Notes under the pieces: generated by a model | What the model saw: only the letters and a program-made list of their open reading frames with translations | Databases searched by the model: none | Told to the model about the DNA's origin: nothing | Assembly: GCF_001194135.2 (NCBI RefSeq) | Contig: NC_068981.1 | Coordinates: 37,065,210-37,129,209 of the forward strand | Direction: 5' to 3' | Length of the DNA: 64,000 bases | From: Octopus bimaculoides | Lineage: Eukaryota | Shown: positions 51,647-64,000 of the stretch, one piece after another | Layout: every line of letters begins with the position of its first letter | Position numbering within the stretch: the first letter of the stretch is position 1 | Position numbers and translations under genes: made by a program

Positions 51647-52539
51647 ATGTAAGCTATGATCTGGCTGGTTAGTTTTGTTTGCTACCCCTAGGTATTTAAT
51701 CAGCTTACTAAATGAAACAAATATTTTCAAATATATTGATGAGAAAATCTATTGCAATAACAGGTATAACTATTTGTGAAAATATCTAGTTTGCAGCATC
51801 ATGCAATTTTGACATAACAATGGATATGAAAAATTATATTAAAGAAAAATAAATTATTTTAAGATTCCATTAAAAATAAAATCATACTTTATGACATTTT
51901 AAGTGACCTGGATGGCTGAAAAGAATGCTTCATTTATTCCAAATATAATTGATCTAATTAACAAGGGACTTAAAGAGGAGGAATTATTCATAATTATCTT
52001 GGTTGGCTAAGACAACTAAAATCATATATAATCTGTTGGCAGCAAACTAGACATAATTATTTAAGTATAGAGTTTTTTCCATCGTCAGATGAGTGATTAT
52101 CAATCTAAAAAATAAAAAAAAGCAAATTGGCTTCAGCATAGTGTTTTTTTTTAATATTATTATTCATTCTATCTGATTATCTTCATACTGAATTTGTTGA
52201 ACTGGGCACTGAGCCAGTTTTGATAGGGAAGGCGTGCTGATACTTACTTTATCAACCCTAGAGTTTGAACTCAAAAAGTTGAAGTATGAAACAGATATTG
52301 TTACATATTTGTTCTGGCATACTAATACTTCTTTCAAGTATCCATCTTCAGTTACACAGTGGAAACCACTTACTGTGACCACTTTGGGATGAAGCTTTTT
52401 TTGTAACAATAACCAACTGATAACATTAAACAAATAAAGAATTTGAGAGACACAAATTCTAATAACAATAACCAGTTACTAAATTTATCCATGATATTAA
52501 TAAGTGGCTTCCAGTGTATTCTAAATATTCTTTAATTCT

Positions 52540-52745
52540 TTTTCTTTTATTTGTTTCAGTCTTTTGACTGCGGCCATGCTAGAGCACTGCCTTTAGTCGA
52601 ACAAATCAAGGACTTAATCTTTGTAAGCTTAGTACTTATTCTATCAGTCTCTTTTGCCGAACTGCTAAATTACAAGGATGTAAACATATCAACGTCAGTT
52701 GTCAAGCGATGGTGGGGGTGACAAACAGAGACACACAAACATATG

Positions 52746-52799
<54 letters not shown>

Positions 52800-52960
52800 A
52801 ATGGCTTCTTTTAGTTTCTGTCTACCAAGTCCACTCACAAGGCTTTGATTGGCCCAAGGCTATAGTAGAAGACATTTACCCAAGCTTCCATGCAGTGGGA
52901 CTGAACCCAGAACCATGTGGTTGGTAAGCAAGCTACTTAACACACACCCACTCCTGTGCC
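52540..52960 (-). mobile_element. tRNA-derived SINE, same family, with (CA)n middle
   Basis: Plus strand TTTCAGTCTTTTGACTGCGGCCATGCTAGAGCAC... and CAGTGGGACTGAACCCAGAACCATG. Confidence 0.85.
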
Positions 52961-53269
52961 TATAAATATATTCCTCTTTCATTTTTTATAATTGATTTAA
53001 ACCTATCCAGTACAAGCAAAGTTAGAAATTATCTTTATTTGTTGTTGCTTAGCTTTGAGTCAACCCATTTAGTGGAAATCTATAATCAAAGGCATTCCAG
53101 TTGTGACTATCCTATCATTTTTATGATTATATCGTCAAAAGTCTCTGTCCTTTTTAAGGTAGTAAGTAGCATTGATTTGAGAGGGTTTTGACTACATAGA
53201 AGCCATTCTCACTGGTTTTTGAAATGTTAAAGTATAAAACTAACAATGATAAGTCCACATTGCTCCTCA

Positions 53270-53478
53270 AAGAGCATAGGGGTGACTTTCTGGTTTCTCT
53301 AGCCTATGTATTCCGCTATGGATGGAACATCAGTCCATTGCAGGATTACTCGTTTTTACCAACTGAGTGGATTAGAGCAACATAAAATGAAGTGCTTTGC
53401 TCAAGAACACAACACATTATCTGGTCCAGGAATTGAAACCACATTCTTGTGATCATGAGTTCAACACCCTAACCACTA
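53270..53478 (-). mobile_element. Degenerate tRNA-SINE with V-domain-like segment
   Basis: Minus-strand TAGTGGTTAGGGTG...GGTTTCAATTCC head, GTTCTTGAGCAAAGCACTT, and CCTGCAATGGACTGATGTTCCATCC. A 3' part of the same family lies at ~20880-21000. Confidence 0.55.
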
Positions 53479-55158
53479 AAACAAACAATACATTATGTAT
53501 TTAAAAAGATGTCAAGGATATCATGCAGGAGATATTATATATTTAATGGCGTAATAAATAAATGCAACTAGAAGACCCTTGATAAATTTTTCTGGTTACA
53601 GTAATGTCTTCAAACTTCTTTTGTTTATCCTTAGATCAACTCTAAGCAAGCAAATCAGTAGCATTCCAATCAGAAGCATTTTTGAGCAAGTCAAATAACC
53701 ACAAACTGTTGTGTTGGCTAATCAAAGTTTTTCAAAATTGACTGGTGCTATAAAGCAAAGCACATTTCTCAAACATGCTTTAACTGAGCAAAGGAGCCTC
53801 TAGATAAACACTTTTAAGAAATAGCAACCAAATATCCTTCAAATCTTACCATCTTCAAAACAGTCAGATAATTCATTTTTAGATACACTAAGGGTTAGTC
53901 ATGGTTGGAATGCTCTTGATAGCAGGTTTGTTTATTTAGGACTGATCTGATGCCAAATAAAACTTGTTTCAGTCAATGTCACTACAAAACAAGCACCTTT
54001 CCTAATTTCCAGTTTAATGGTTGGTGTAATAGAGAATGCCCAGTTATATGATTATCAGCATCTTTCACATTGTCTTCCTCATTCCTACATCATGGACTGC
54101 TATGTAAATTTTCATTTTCTATTTCACTGCTGCTTATTTCCACATGAAAATTAGGTCTGTTGTCTTCTTTTCTGATATTCAAAGAGCATCCAATTAGATT
54201 TATTGTTTATTGATATCAGAGTTGTGAAATTTGCACACATGTGTAGTAGGTGTAGAGTTCTTTGGGATATCTTCATTTCAACATGGATGAACTTCCAACC
54301 ATCAAAAAATGTCTTATAACATAGAAGCTGCAAGCACTTTCTATTTGAAAAGAATGAGTGTTGTTATTGTTTGCCAGTAGGTAGTCAACGTTGGGCATTT
54401 GAAGTTTACTCCTTCTTCTTTGTTTATTTCCTTAAATAGTTTTCCTTGAAAAGGTGGCTAGTAAGATTGCTTAATGATGGTTGAGTGCAAACTGATACCA
54501 TTTCAGCAAACTGCAGCACCAATAAAACCGAAAAATATGCGAGTCATATTATGCAGCTTAATGTATCTGAAAATTTGTTGTAGTGTATGATAATTTTTGC
54601 TGTGGTTTTTATGGCCAGTTGCCTTTTATCAAGGCAAATGTCAGGATAGGAAGAAGAATCATGAAATATATTGGATAACACTAGTTAAAGTTTTAAAACA
54701 AACAGAAGTTTATAGTGCAGTGGTTGAATGGTTAATATCATAGGCTAGTTATCTATAGGACATTGGTTCAAGCATTTCACTTAGCATTCCATATCCTAGT
54801 TATTTAGAAAAATAAGAATCATTTTTCAGTTAAGATGTTGGTGTGAAGAAAGCTTGAGAGCACATACAAAGCTGGAAATTTGTTGAGACAGCTAGTACAG
54901 ATTATTGTGGAAAATGCTGACGCAAAATTGTTAGAGATATTTTAATATGGTATTTAAATTAAATAGGGAAAGAAGCAGCCACAATTCTTAATGTATCCAT
55001 AAGTGAATTATCTGCAATTAGCAAAATAAACCTTTCTGATTTCTTGGTGCTGTTGTTTAGAATCAGGTCTAAATTGATAGAGTTGAAATACAAGCAAAAA
55101 TTTTCCAGGCATGAATATCTAAACATACTAGGAATAATGTACCCTGGATGCATTAGAT

Positions 55159-55549
55159 CATCATCATGGCACTCCGTCGCTTACGACTTCGAGGGTTCCA
55201 GTTGATCCAATCAACGGAACAAGCCTGCTCATGAAATTAACATGCAAGTGGCTGAGCACTCCACAGACACGTGTACCCTTAACGCAGTTCTCGGGGATAT
55301 TCAGCGTGACACAGAGTATGACAAGGCTGACCCTTTGAATTACAGGCACAACAGAAACAAGAAGTAAGAGTGAGAGAAAGTTGTGGTGGAAGAGTACAGC
55401 AGGGTTCGCCACCATCCCCTGCTGGAGCCTTGTGGAGCTTTAGGTGTTTTCGCTCAATAAACACTCACAACGCCCGGTCTGGGAATCGAAACCGTGATCC
55501 TATGACTGCGAGTCTGCTGCCCTAACCACTGGGCCATTTGTGCCTCCAC
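55159..55549 (-). mobile_element. Second young full-length copy of the same tRNA-derived SINE with 11-bp TSD
   Basis: Aligns end to end with 11593-11984, with a (GAT)n tail. TSD ATGCATTAGAT at 55148-55158 and 55550-55560. Confidence 0.9.
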
Positions 55550-56369
55550 ATGCATTAGATATATATATATTTTTAAGATGATAGGGTTTGATTTGAGGAA
55601 GATTTAGTAACTATATCTAACAGGTTAAGTGATTATGTAGAAACTCTCTCATTGGTTTAAACATATTCATTTCTTAAGGCTTGGCACAAGACCATATTTT
55701 ACAGAAAACGGCTATAGTTAATTAAATGAATAGCAGTACCTTACTGGTACTAATTTTGTCTATGCCAAATGAATTGAATGAAAAAAATCAGGCAAAATTT
55801 GAACTCATATTACAGAAAGAGGAAGCTAACTACTGCCAATATTTAATTCAAGCCTCTGCTATTCCTGTCAACTTGTAGCCTTTAATTTTCTTGAACATTA
55901 GCAAGTGAAAGATATTAAAATGTCTGGATTGTCATATTAAAGGCTGAATTTCGAGCTGAATTTTGTTTTTATTTTAGTTTTTAAAGGCTGAGGGAGAAGA
56001 GGAAAGCAACTGCCATGACCTCTTTCAGGGTCTCAATGATATGTGGGAGAAATTAAGGAAGTTATCCCCAGATCAGATACATGTCTTTAATGCTTGTAAC
56101 TGGATTCCTCTAAAGGTAGCCAAAGGTCAGGTTGTAGTGTTAAACCAAGCAACAGATTAAGACTACAACCCAAGAAAAGGAATGGTATCTCTGCTAGGAT
56201 ATCACACAGTTATTGCCTATCAAATTTAATTTTCAAGGTTTTGGTCAATACAAGGCTATGGCAGAGGACTTACTCAAGGAGTTAGGCTGTGGAATCAAAC
56301 ACAAAAAAAAATATAGGTGTTAAGGATGCAAAACAAACTTCAAAACCACTTAGTTCTACCTGACCCCTT

Positions 56370-57250
56370 TGCTGCTGCTGCTGTTGCTAATTATTCTTGT
56401 AGCTTTTATTGCTAATGTTGCTATTACTGTTGTTGCAGTTGTTACTGTTATCGATGCTGATGCTGCTACTGTTGTTAATGTTATTGTTGTTGTTGTTGCT
56501 ATTTTTGTTGTTATTCCTCATGCTGCTATTACTGCTACTATTACCATCATATGACAATGATACTACAACAGTAGCTACTGCTACATCACTGCAGCAGATA
56601 CTGCTGACACTACTGCTAAAGTTAGTGTCGCAGTTTTTGTTGTAGTTGTAGCAGTACCCACTGCTGTCTCTGACACTGCTGCTAAAACTGTTTCTATTGC
56701 TTGCTGCTGCTGATACTGCTGCTGTTACTCTTCCTACTGCAGTTGCTGACACTACTGCTGCTAATACTGTTTCTACTACTGTTGCTGAACACTGCTGCTG
56801 TTGCTTTTACGACTGCTGTTCCTGACACTGCTGCTATTATTGTGAATGTTGCAACAATTACTGCTGCTATCACATTGACTGCTACAACTACAACAAAAAA
56901 ACTGCGACATTAACTTTAACTGTTGCTGCTGCTGTTACTGAATCTGGTGCAACAGTTTTTGCTGCTGATACATGATTCTGGCGCAACAGATTTTTATTTT
57001 TATATTTCCTGCTGCTACAACTGTTACAACAGCAGCGGCAGCAGCAGCAGCAACAACAACAACAACAACAACAACAACAAGTTACAAGTGCACATTCTGT
57101 AGCTTCTGCTTGAATAACTATCATAACTACTGCCGTAGTTATTATTACTATGTTGTTATTATTTTTGTTGTTGTTGCTGATGCTATAATTATCTTTAGTA
57201 CTGCTGCTATAATCCCAATGGACCAATTATGTGCTGCAGCAGCAGTAGGT
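56370..57250 (+). repeat. Long degenerate trinucleotide low-complexity tract (GCT/ACT/GTT)
   Basis: Period-3 NNT pattern with phase shifts. Confidence 0.85.
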
Positions 57251-59391
57251 AATTGGTCTATTGTTTGACTATTGTTTCTCATTTTAATCATATATACATA
57301 CATACATACATATATATATATATTATATATATATATATNNNNNNNNNNNNNNNNNNNNNNNNNNNNNNNNNNNNNNNNNNNNNNNNNNNNNNNNNNNNNN
57401 NNNNNNNNNNNNNNNNNNNNNNNNNNNNNNNNNNNNNNNNNNNNNNNNNNNNNNNNNNNNNNNNNNNNNNNNNNNNNNNNNNNNNNNNNNNNNNNNNNNN
57501 NNNNNNNNNNNNNNNNNNNNNNNNNNNNNNNNNNNNNNNNNNNNNNNNNNNNNNNNNNNNNNNNNNNNNNNNNNNNNNATATATATATATATATATATAT
57601 AGATAGATATATATATATATGTAAATATGTATGAATATGCAAACATTTTACAGTGATGCACTATGCATTTAAGTCTAATTCGATTTGAGTGTATGTGTGT
57701 AAATGTCTCTTTGTGTGCGTATGTGTGCCTGTAGTTAATTTCAATAGACCTAATTATTCCATATTAGATTCAATTTTATTAATTTCACAGCTGTCACTTA
57801 CCCTCCATCTTCTTTTATTTCCTTTTCCTACCAACACGGATGTGTGTAAAATAATTATATTTTAAACACAATGCTTGCCAGCAAAAATAACTGAAATTTA
57901 TCAATGAAATTACTGTAATTTTCTAGCATGCCGGAAATATTCTTCCATCACAGTTAATTTTGTTTTATTTTTGTTTATTTTTTTTTTAATATTTTCCCAC
58001 CAAAAGAATAGTGAAGAAAGAAAATGAATTTTGTTCTGTCTTTATAAAAACCAGTTGGTGCTTATTTATCAACTTCCTCAATACTGATCTGTTCCTTCAG
58101 TTTTCACGCAGAATGATTGTATTCCACCATTTATTTATTTATTTATTTATTTATTGTGATATCTGAACCATTTTTGGGTTATTTGTCATTGTTGCTGTTT
58201 TCTTTTTCTTGAAACCCTGCTGGCTAGATTTATGTATTGTTTAATTTTATTTCAATTATTTAAAAAAAAAATTTTGTTGATTAATTTGTTGTTGTTGTAT
58301 TTTTATTGAATATAATATATCTCTTAAAAAAATAAAAGCAAAAGAACAGGTATCATATCACATATCATATCGCTGGTTCAATCTACCAAATTACAAAGGT
58401 TATTGTGTAGTATTTTTAAGCAACATATGTAAATATATTTGGTTGCAAGCCAGTCTTGAATAGAAAAGTTCTACAACTTGATAGAATTAATGGTATTTGC
58501 TACAAGTTTTCTTACAAAGACATGAATGCATAAATTGTCCAACCCACTGATTTAACCTACTGACTGTTAAAGGTTACTGTGTTATGTTCTTAAGCAGGAT
58601 ATACAAATATATTTTATTGTAACCAGGCTTGAATTGAAAAGTTCCATGGCTTGATTAAATGACTTGGTATTTGCTAAAAGTGTTCCAACACATACAGAAA
58701 TTTGTGGATGTGTCCAACCCATGATCAGAGATACTTTTCTTTTTTAAAGTATTCATTAACATAAAAAAATGAAACTAATTTTTTCATAGGTGTAATAATT
58801 TAATACTGGAAAAGACTCATTTATTACTAGCATTACTTGAGGAAATTCCAGGTTACTTCAAAATATGTAATTCATTTTGAAATTATATTCTTTTTCTGAA
58901 GTGTATGATTCTTGGGATGGCATAAAATTCACAAAGGCAGTATTGAAGATGCAATCTCAAGAGAAAACATCTTTGCAAACTATATTCTTTGTTATACACT
59001 TGTGATCTGTATTACTTTTTATCTATTATTTTTATGCTTATGTCAAGAAGTAAACAATTTGAAAACACAATCTGTTTACAATGTTTCCCTGCTTCAATAT
59101 AATTACATTGATAAAACTATTACAAATCATGATATGCTGTCCTACAGCATACTAGGATTCATTTTTTTGCTACTTTTTTTACATCCATTTTTCATGCTAG
59201 CATAGATTTGACAAATATATATTATTGAGGCATTGTTTTACAATCAGATGACTTTTTGATCACCTACATTTACCTTTTTTGCAACTAAGGACTTTCTATT
59301 CCACTTGTCTTTCAAACGGTAATGACAAAAATCTATTCATTCACAGAGGTATTTATGTACAAATATATATATATATATATATATGTGTGTG

Positions 59392-59424
<33 letters not shown>

Positions 59425-59459
59425 ATATGTATATATAGGTATATATATATATATATATA

Positions 59460-59920
59460 TGGGATGAGGTAGTGAAGCATGACCTTCAGACATTGGGCCT
59501 CACTGGGGTAATGACAGGAGACCGAAACCTTTGGAGATATGCTATAATTGAGAAGACCTGTTGAGTCAAGCAAAACCAATACTGTAACTGTGGCCAGTAA
59601 CTCCTGACTGGCTCCTGTGCAGGTGGCATGTAAAAAGCAACATCCAAATGTGGCCGATGCTAGTATCCCCTGACTGGCTCCCATGTCAGTGGCACGTAAA
59701 AAGCACCATCTGAACGTGGCCAATGCCAGCACTTCCTGACTGGTCCCCGTGTCGGTGGCACATAAAAAGCACTATCCGAACATGATCGCTGCCAGGCCTG
59801 CCTAACTGGCTCCTGTGCCGATGGCATGTAAAAAGCACCCATTACACTCTCAGAGTGGTTGGTGTTAAGGAATGTCATCCAGCTGTAGAAACATTGCCAG
59901 ATCAGATTGGAGCCTGAGTT
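59460..59920 (+). mobile_element. RTE LINE 3' end with four 60-66 bp tandem units in the UTR
   Basis: WDEVVKHDLQTLGLTGVMTGDRNLWRYAI matches the 32.5-kb copy. Units start at 59590, 59650, 59716 and ~59782. Confidence 0.85.
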
Positions 59921-59979
59921 AAGACAACAACAACAACAACAATGATGATGATGACAATGATAATAATGGCTGCTTTCAT

Positions 59980-60330
59980 TGAAGCCTACTCAGAGACTCT
60001 CTGTTGAGTCACCAACTTGTTACTGACAAATTGCAGCTAAGTTCTCTTGAATTCCACCTTATCATCTTAAGAAAATGACATGCCATGGACAATGTTGTTC
60101 TTGATCAGGAATGAGTCGTCTTTTTTCAAGAAGTAAACCACATGAAATATGGTTCATCATGAGGTGGGCCACACTACTATAAAAATTCAAGGTAACTTTT
60201 TTCATTGGTGTACAACTTAGAAAGTTAGATGGACTGCACTTTACTCAGGACTGTTTTAGATATACAAAAAAGTTGGGATGGTCAAAGTTAGAGTACCTTG
60301 ATCATAGGTCTTCTCGATCACAACTGACTG
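59980..60330 (+). mobile_element. Unclassified interspersed repeat
   Basis: Ends GGATGGTCAAAGTTAGAGTACCTTGATCATAGGTCTTCTCGATCA. Related reverse-complement fragments occur near 8.7-9.0, 53.05, 55.6 and 61.1-61.4 kb. Confidence 0.45.
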
Positions 60331-60646
60331 GAGGATGAGTGACAAGAACTGCTTTCACAAGTAGTTATGATTAAAAGGATTATAAACCCATTAAATGGTT
60401 GGGAAACCTATAAAGATGACTATACCTGTAGTATATCTGTTTAAAACAAGTCATTGCATGTCATGCTACACTTTTCATTGATTGATATTCCAATATTTTA
60501 ACTTAATAAATACTTGTCTATTGACTATAGTCCTCTTCCTATTTTGTCTGGTTCCATCATAGCTTTGACAAGAAAAATCTGCCTCATTAAACTTCATCTG
60601 GCCCATGCAAATATGGAAAAGTGGACAGTAAAAGATGATGATGATG

Positions 60647-60701
<55 letters not shown>

Positions 60702-62459
60702 TTGTCAGATCCTGGTGTAGCCTCCTAGCTTGCCAGCCCTCAGTCAAACTGGCCAGCCCATGCCAGCATGGAAAGTGGCCATTAAACGACGATGATGATG
60801 ATGATGATATATATATATATATATATATATATGAATATTATCTTTTAACATGAATAGTATTAACAGTAACTTTGAAGTTTCAACCAGGTGAGCCAGCATC
60901 AGACAGTCTAATGATGGCTTCAGCTGGCTGAAACTTTGAAGGCATTTTCAAAACTATACTTGTTAAAGAATAATAAATTTGTACTCTACAAAAGGTATCA
61001 AATGCTCCTTCAATTTAATTTAAAATTGTTTTTATTTGTCTTCTGAATGATAAATTCTTCTGATTGGGTTAATGTAAGTTAATGTAATATCTGGCTGCTA
61101 TTTCTAGCAGGTTGAGCAACTGCGTAAAGATTTGGTGACAACAATTGTCATAATAGCTAATGGTGAATAAGATGAAACTGTTAGTAATAAAGGCAGTGAT
61201 GATAATGATGATGATTGTAAGAGGACAATAGTTAATGAAGGTTTTTGGTGGTAGTAGTGACAAGATCATTGTCATGAAGATAAAAATTCTCCTTGTGTGT
61301 CATTTGTGACAGTTGTGAAATGTCAGTAACATTAGTTGCTTCTGTTGTAATCTAACTCTAGGACACCTGTGATCAAAGAGACTTCTGATCAAAGGCATTC
61401 AAGGCATCCCATCTTTCCAGATATAAATGAGAATATATTATCAAATGTCTTTCATTCTTTATATAAGCTGCTATTTTCAGCAGGTTAAATGGCCACATAG
61501 AATCTTCCTCATTGACATGCATCATTGGTAAAAATCACTACAGGTGTGAAAAGTCTATTCTGATAGAGGAAGATTGAATTATGTTGGAAGTGAGAGACAA
61601 AATGCTGAATAGCATAACTGATTTCACATATTAGTTGAAGGTGATGAAGGATTGTAGACAGTAGAACTGACTCCAGTGCATAATTGGTACTTATTATATC
61701 AAACATGAAAATATGACAGGCAGCATCTTACTCATTGTCTTCAATTATAATTCCATTCACATCTATGTGGAGTAACAAAAATAATAACTGACTTTGGTAC
61801 TCAACTGGTACTTTATTTTATCAATTCCAGAAGGAAATAAGATAAAGTTAAAGGTGAACATAATGCAATTTGAACTCATAACATAAACTTGGAATGCAAC
61901 AAAATAAAACAAGTCATTTTGTCTGATGCTGATAGTTCTGCTGATTCAGTGTCCCTAAGTTTACTGAGGTTGAATTCAAACTAAAAATGTAGACGGCAGA
62001 AATGAAATACTGTAATGCATTTAGGCTGCTACTCCACCAACTTTGATGTATAATGAATCCCAAGTAAATTTAATGAAATGTTACAAAGATCTATATGTTT
62101 CTTAAACTAGCAAGCCATCTATAAATCTATTTAACTCTGTATTTAACAGTGACTCTTTTCCCTTCTCTCTTATAACAGATAAATATCTATGAGCGAGTGT
62201 GTGTGTGAGTGTGCATGTGTGTATATGTATGCACACATACACACATACACACACATGCACATGCATGCACACACACATGCACATGCATGCACACACACAC
62301 ACATACACACACATGCACACACACTTGCACATGCATGAACACACATGCTTTTAGATATTCACCTGTCATATTTTCTACTTATTTACTTATGTGTTTGTGT
62401 TTGTGTGCATGTGAGAGAGACACTGAATAAGTAGATGAACAAGAAAGAGAAAGAGAGAA

Positions 62460-62571
<112 letters not shown>

Positions 62572-63769
62572 GAGACGCATTGGTTAGTGCTGGAAACAAA
62601 TCATAGTGAGTGATAGGAAATGAAATTAATTGCAGTCAACAAAAATATGGTGAAGGCTGGTATGTTAATAGATTAGATTAGGAAGGAAATATAAAGTAAA
62701 GGAGAGAACTTTGAGAGACTCTGCCGCAAAGTAGGCGAAGGAAAGAAAACTAACCTAAGATAGGTCATTAGGTGTTAGCTTTAGTCATCGATTATAATTT
62801 GATTGGATTCCCAAACAAAATGATTCAATTTGCTTTTATTTTTCTCTACTTACAGATCTGTGGGTTCTATTAGTTTCGTTTTTGCCTTTATTTTTGTTTT
62901 TATTTTTATTCTGACTAATTTGTTTTTAGTTTTCTTATTTTATTACATACTCAGGTGTGTGACAGCAGAGACGTGGCTTCTACTAGTAATGCAACTAAGT
63001 TTAGAAGCTTGGCCGCATTTATATGAAATTGATCAGCCTAAGGCAGAAAGGTCTCTCTAAGTCCTGTAAGCCAGTTTTTCTAGTAATAATGTCTCTATAA
63101 ACAAACCATAGCGTTTGCTTTGTAAGGTGGAAAGAGGGATAAGACTTAAACATTTCATGGTTTAACACTTCCTTCTAACAATTGGGTACCTTTAACAAGG
63201 CTCACTCTGTTGCAAGTTTTCAAAGTAGTATGTGTAAGGATAACAAAACCCTTTTGCCAAATTTTTATCACTTCTTTCATAAAATAAATAATTTTCAGAG
63301 TCTACAAGTAAGGAAAAATGTTCCCATGGAAGATAAAATTCCAGAAGCCACCCTACCATTTCTGTGTAATTCTCCTTCAATGTATGATTGTTGCTCCTCT
63401 CCTTTGAGTATTAGATTTTGTGAGTCCCATATGAGGCCTCTGACACCAACTTGGATTGCCTACAGCAATGCATGCCTTGAAACTTGTTTTTTTTTCTTTT
63501 TCCCTTTTCCAAAATACTCTATGACAACTGACAAAGTCTTGCAGTAAAATTGGACATCTATCAGTTGGATAAGTAATTTTTTTCTTTGCAGCAATACCTA
63601 TAGACTTACCCACCATTTCCTACTAGTACAGAAGCAAACTGACCAACAAGAGAGTCTCAATGTTGTTGTTTGATCTGCAAGAAATTATAACCGAATTCCC
63701 TTTAAATAAAACCTTAGCTTTTTATCAATGAAAGGACACATGAGATAATATAGTCTTAAATACAACATC

Positions 63770-64000
63770 TTTTAACTTTTATTTCCACTTGCTTCAGTCA
63801 CTGAACTGTGGCCATGCTGGGGCATCACCTTCAAGGTTTAGCTGAACAAATGAACCCCAGTACTTAAGATTTTAAGCCTGGTATTTATTCTAACAGTCTC
63901 TCTTGCTGAACCACTAAGTTATGGAATGTAAACAAATCAATGCCAGCTGTCAAGTGGGAGGGAGGGGACAAATGCAAACACAGACACACACAAACAAATA
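63770..64000 (-). mobile_element. SINE tail of the same family, truncated by the window end
   Basis: CTTCAGTCACTGAACTGTGGCCATGCTGG...GAACCACTAAG...GCTGTCAAG. Confidence 0.75.

Noticed and set aside
59590-59840. CRISPR-like repeat array
   Set aside because: The units are contiguous diverged tandem copies without unique spacers, inside an RTE 3' UTR in a eukaryote, with no cas genes.

Overview
AT-rich, microsatellite-dense metazoan genomic DNA from a draft assembly with 7 N-gaps, almost all flanked by (TA)n or (CA)n. The repeat families resemble those I recall from Octopus (inference, not a database result). I cannot confirm any host protein-coding gene. The listed ORFs are microsatellite translations, antisense frames or pieces of decayed transposons, so the window looks intronic or intergenic. 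It contains: several tRNA-derived SINE families, including two young copies with perfect 11-bp TSDs; RTE-clade LINE fragments; R4/Dong-type LINE fragments; a cluster of Penelope-like element (PLE) relics with RT and GIY-YIG motifs at 33.7-40.5 kb; an internally deleted maT-like Tc1/mariner; and a hAT/Charlie-type MITE. The most interesting signal is a set of minimal type-I hammerhead ribozyme motifs. Two sit in the arms of a ~320-bp fold-back element at 8.2-8.5 kb whose centre keeps a tRNA 3'-half, one lies downstream of a PLE at 37.65 kb, and a weaker one is at 5.1 kb. The fold-back suggests a tRNA-headed, hammerhead-bearing non-autonomous retroelement.
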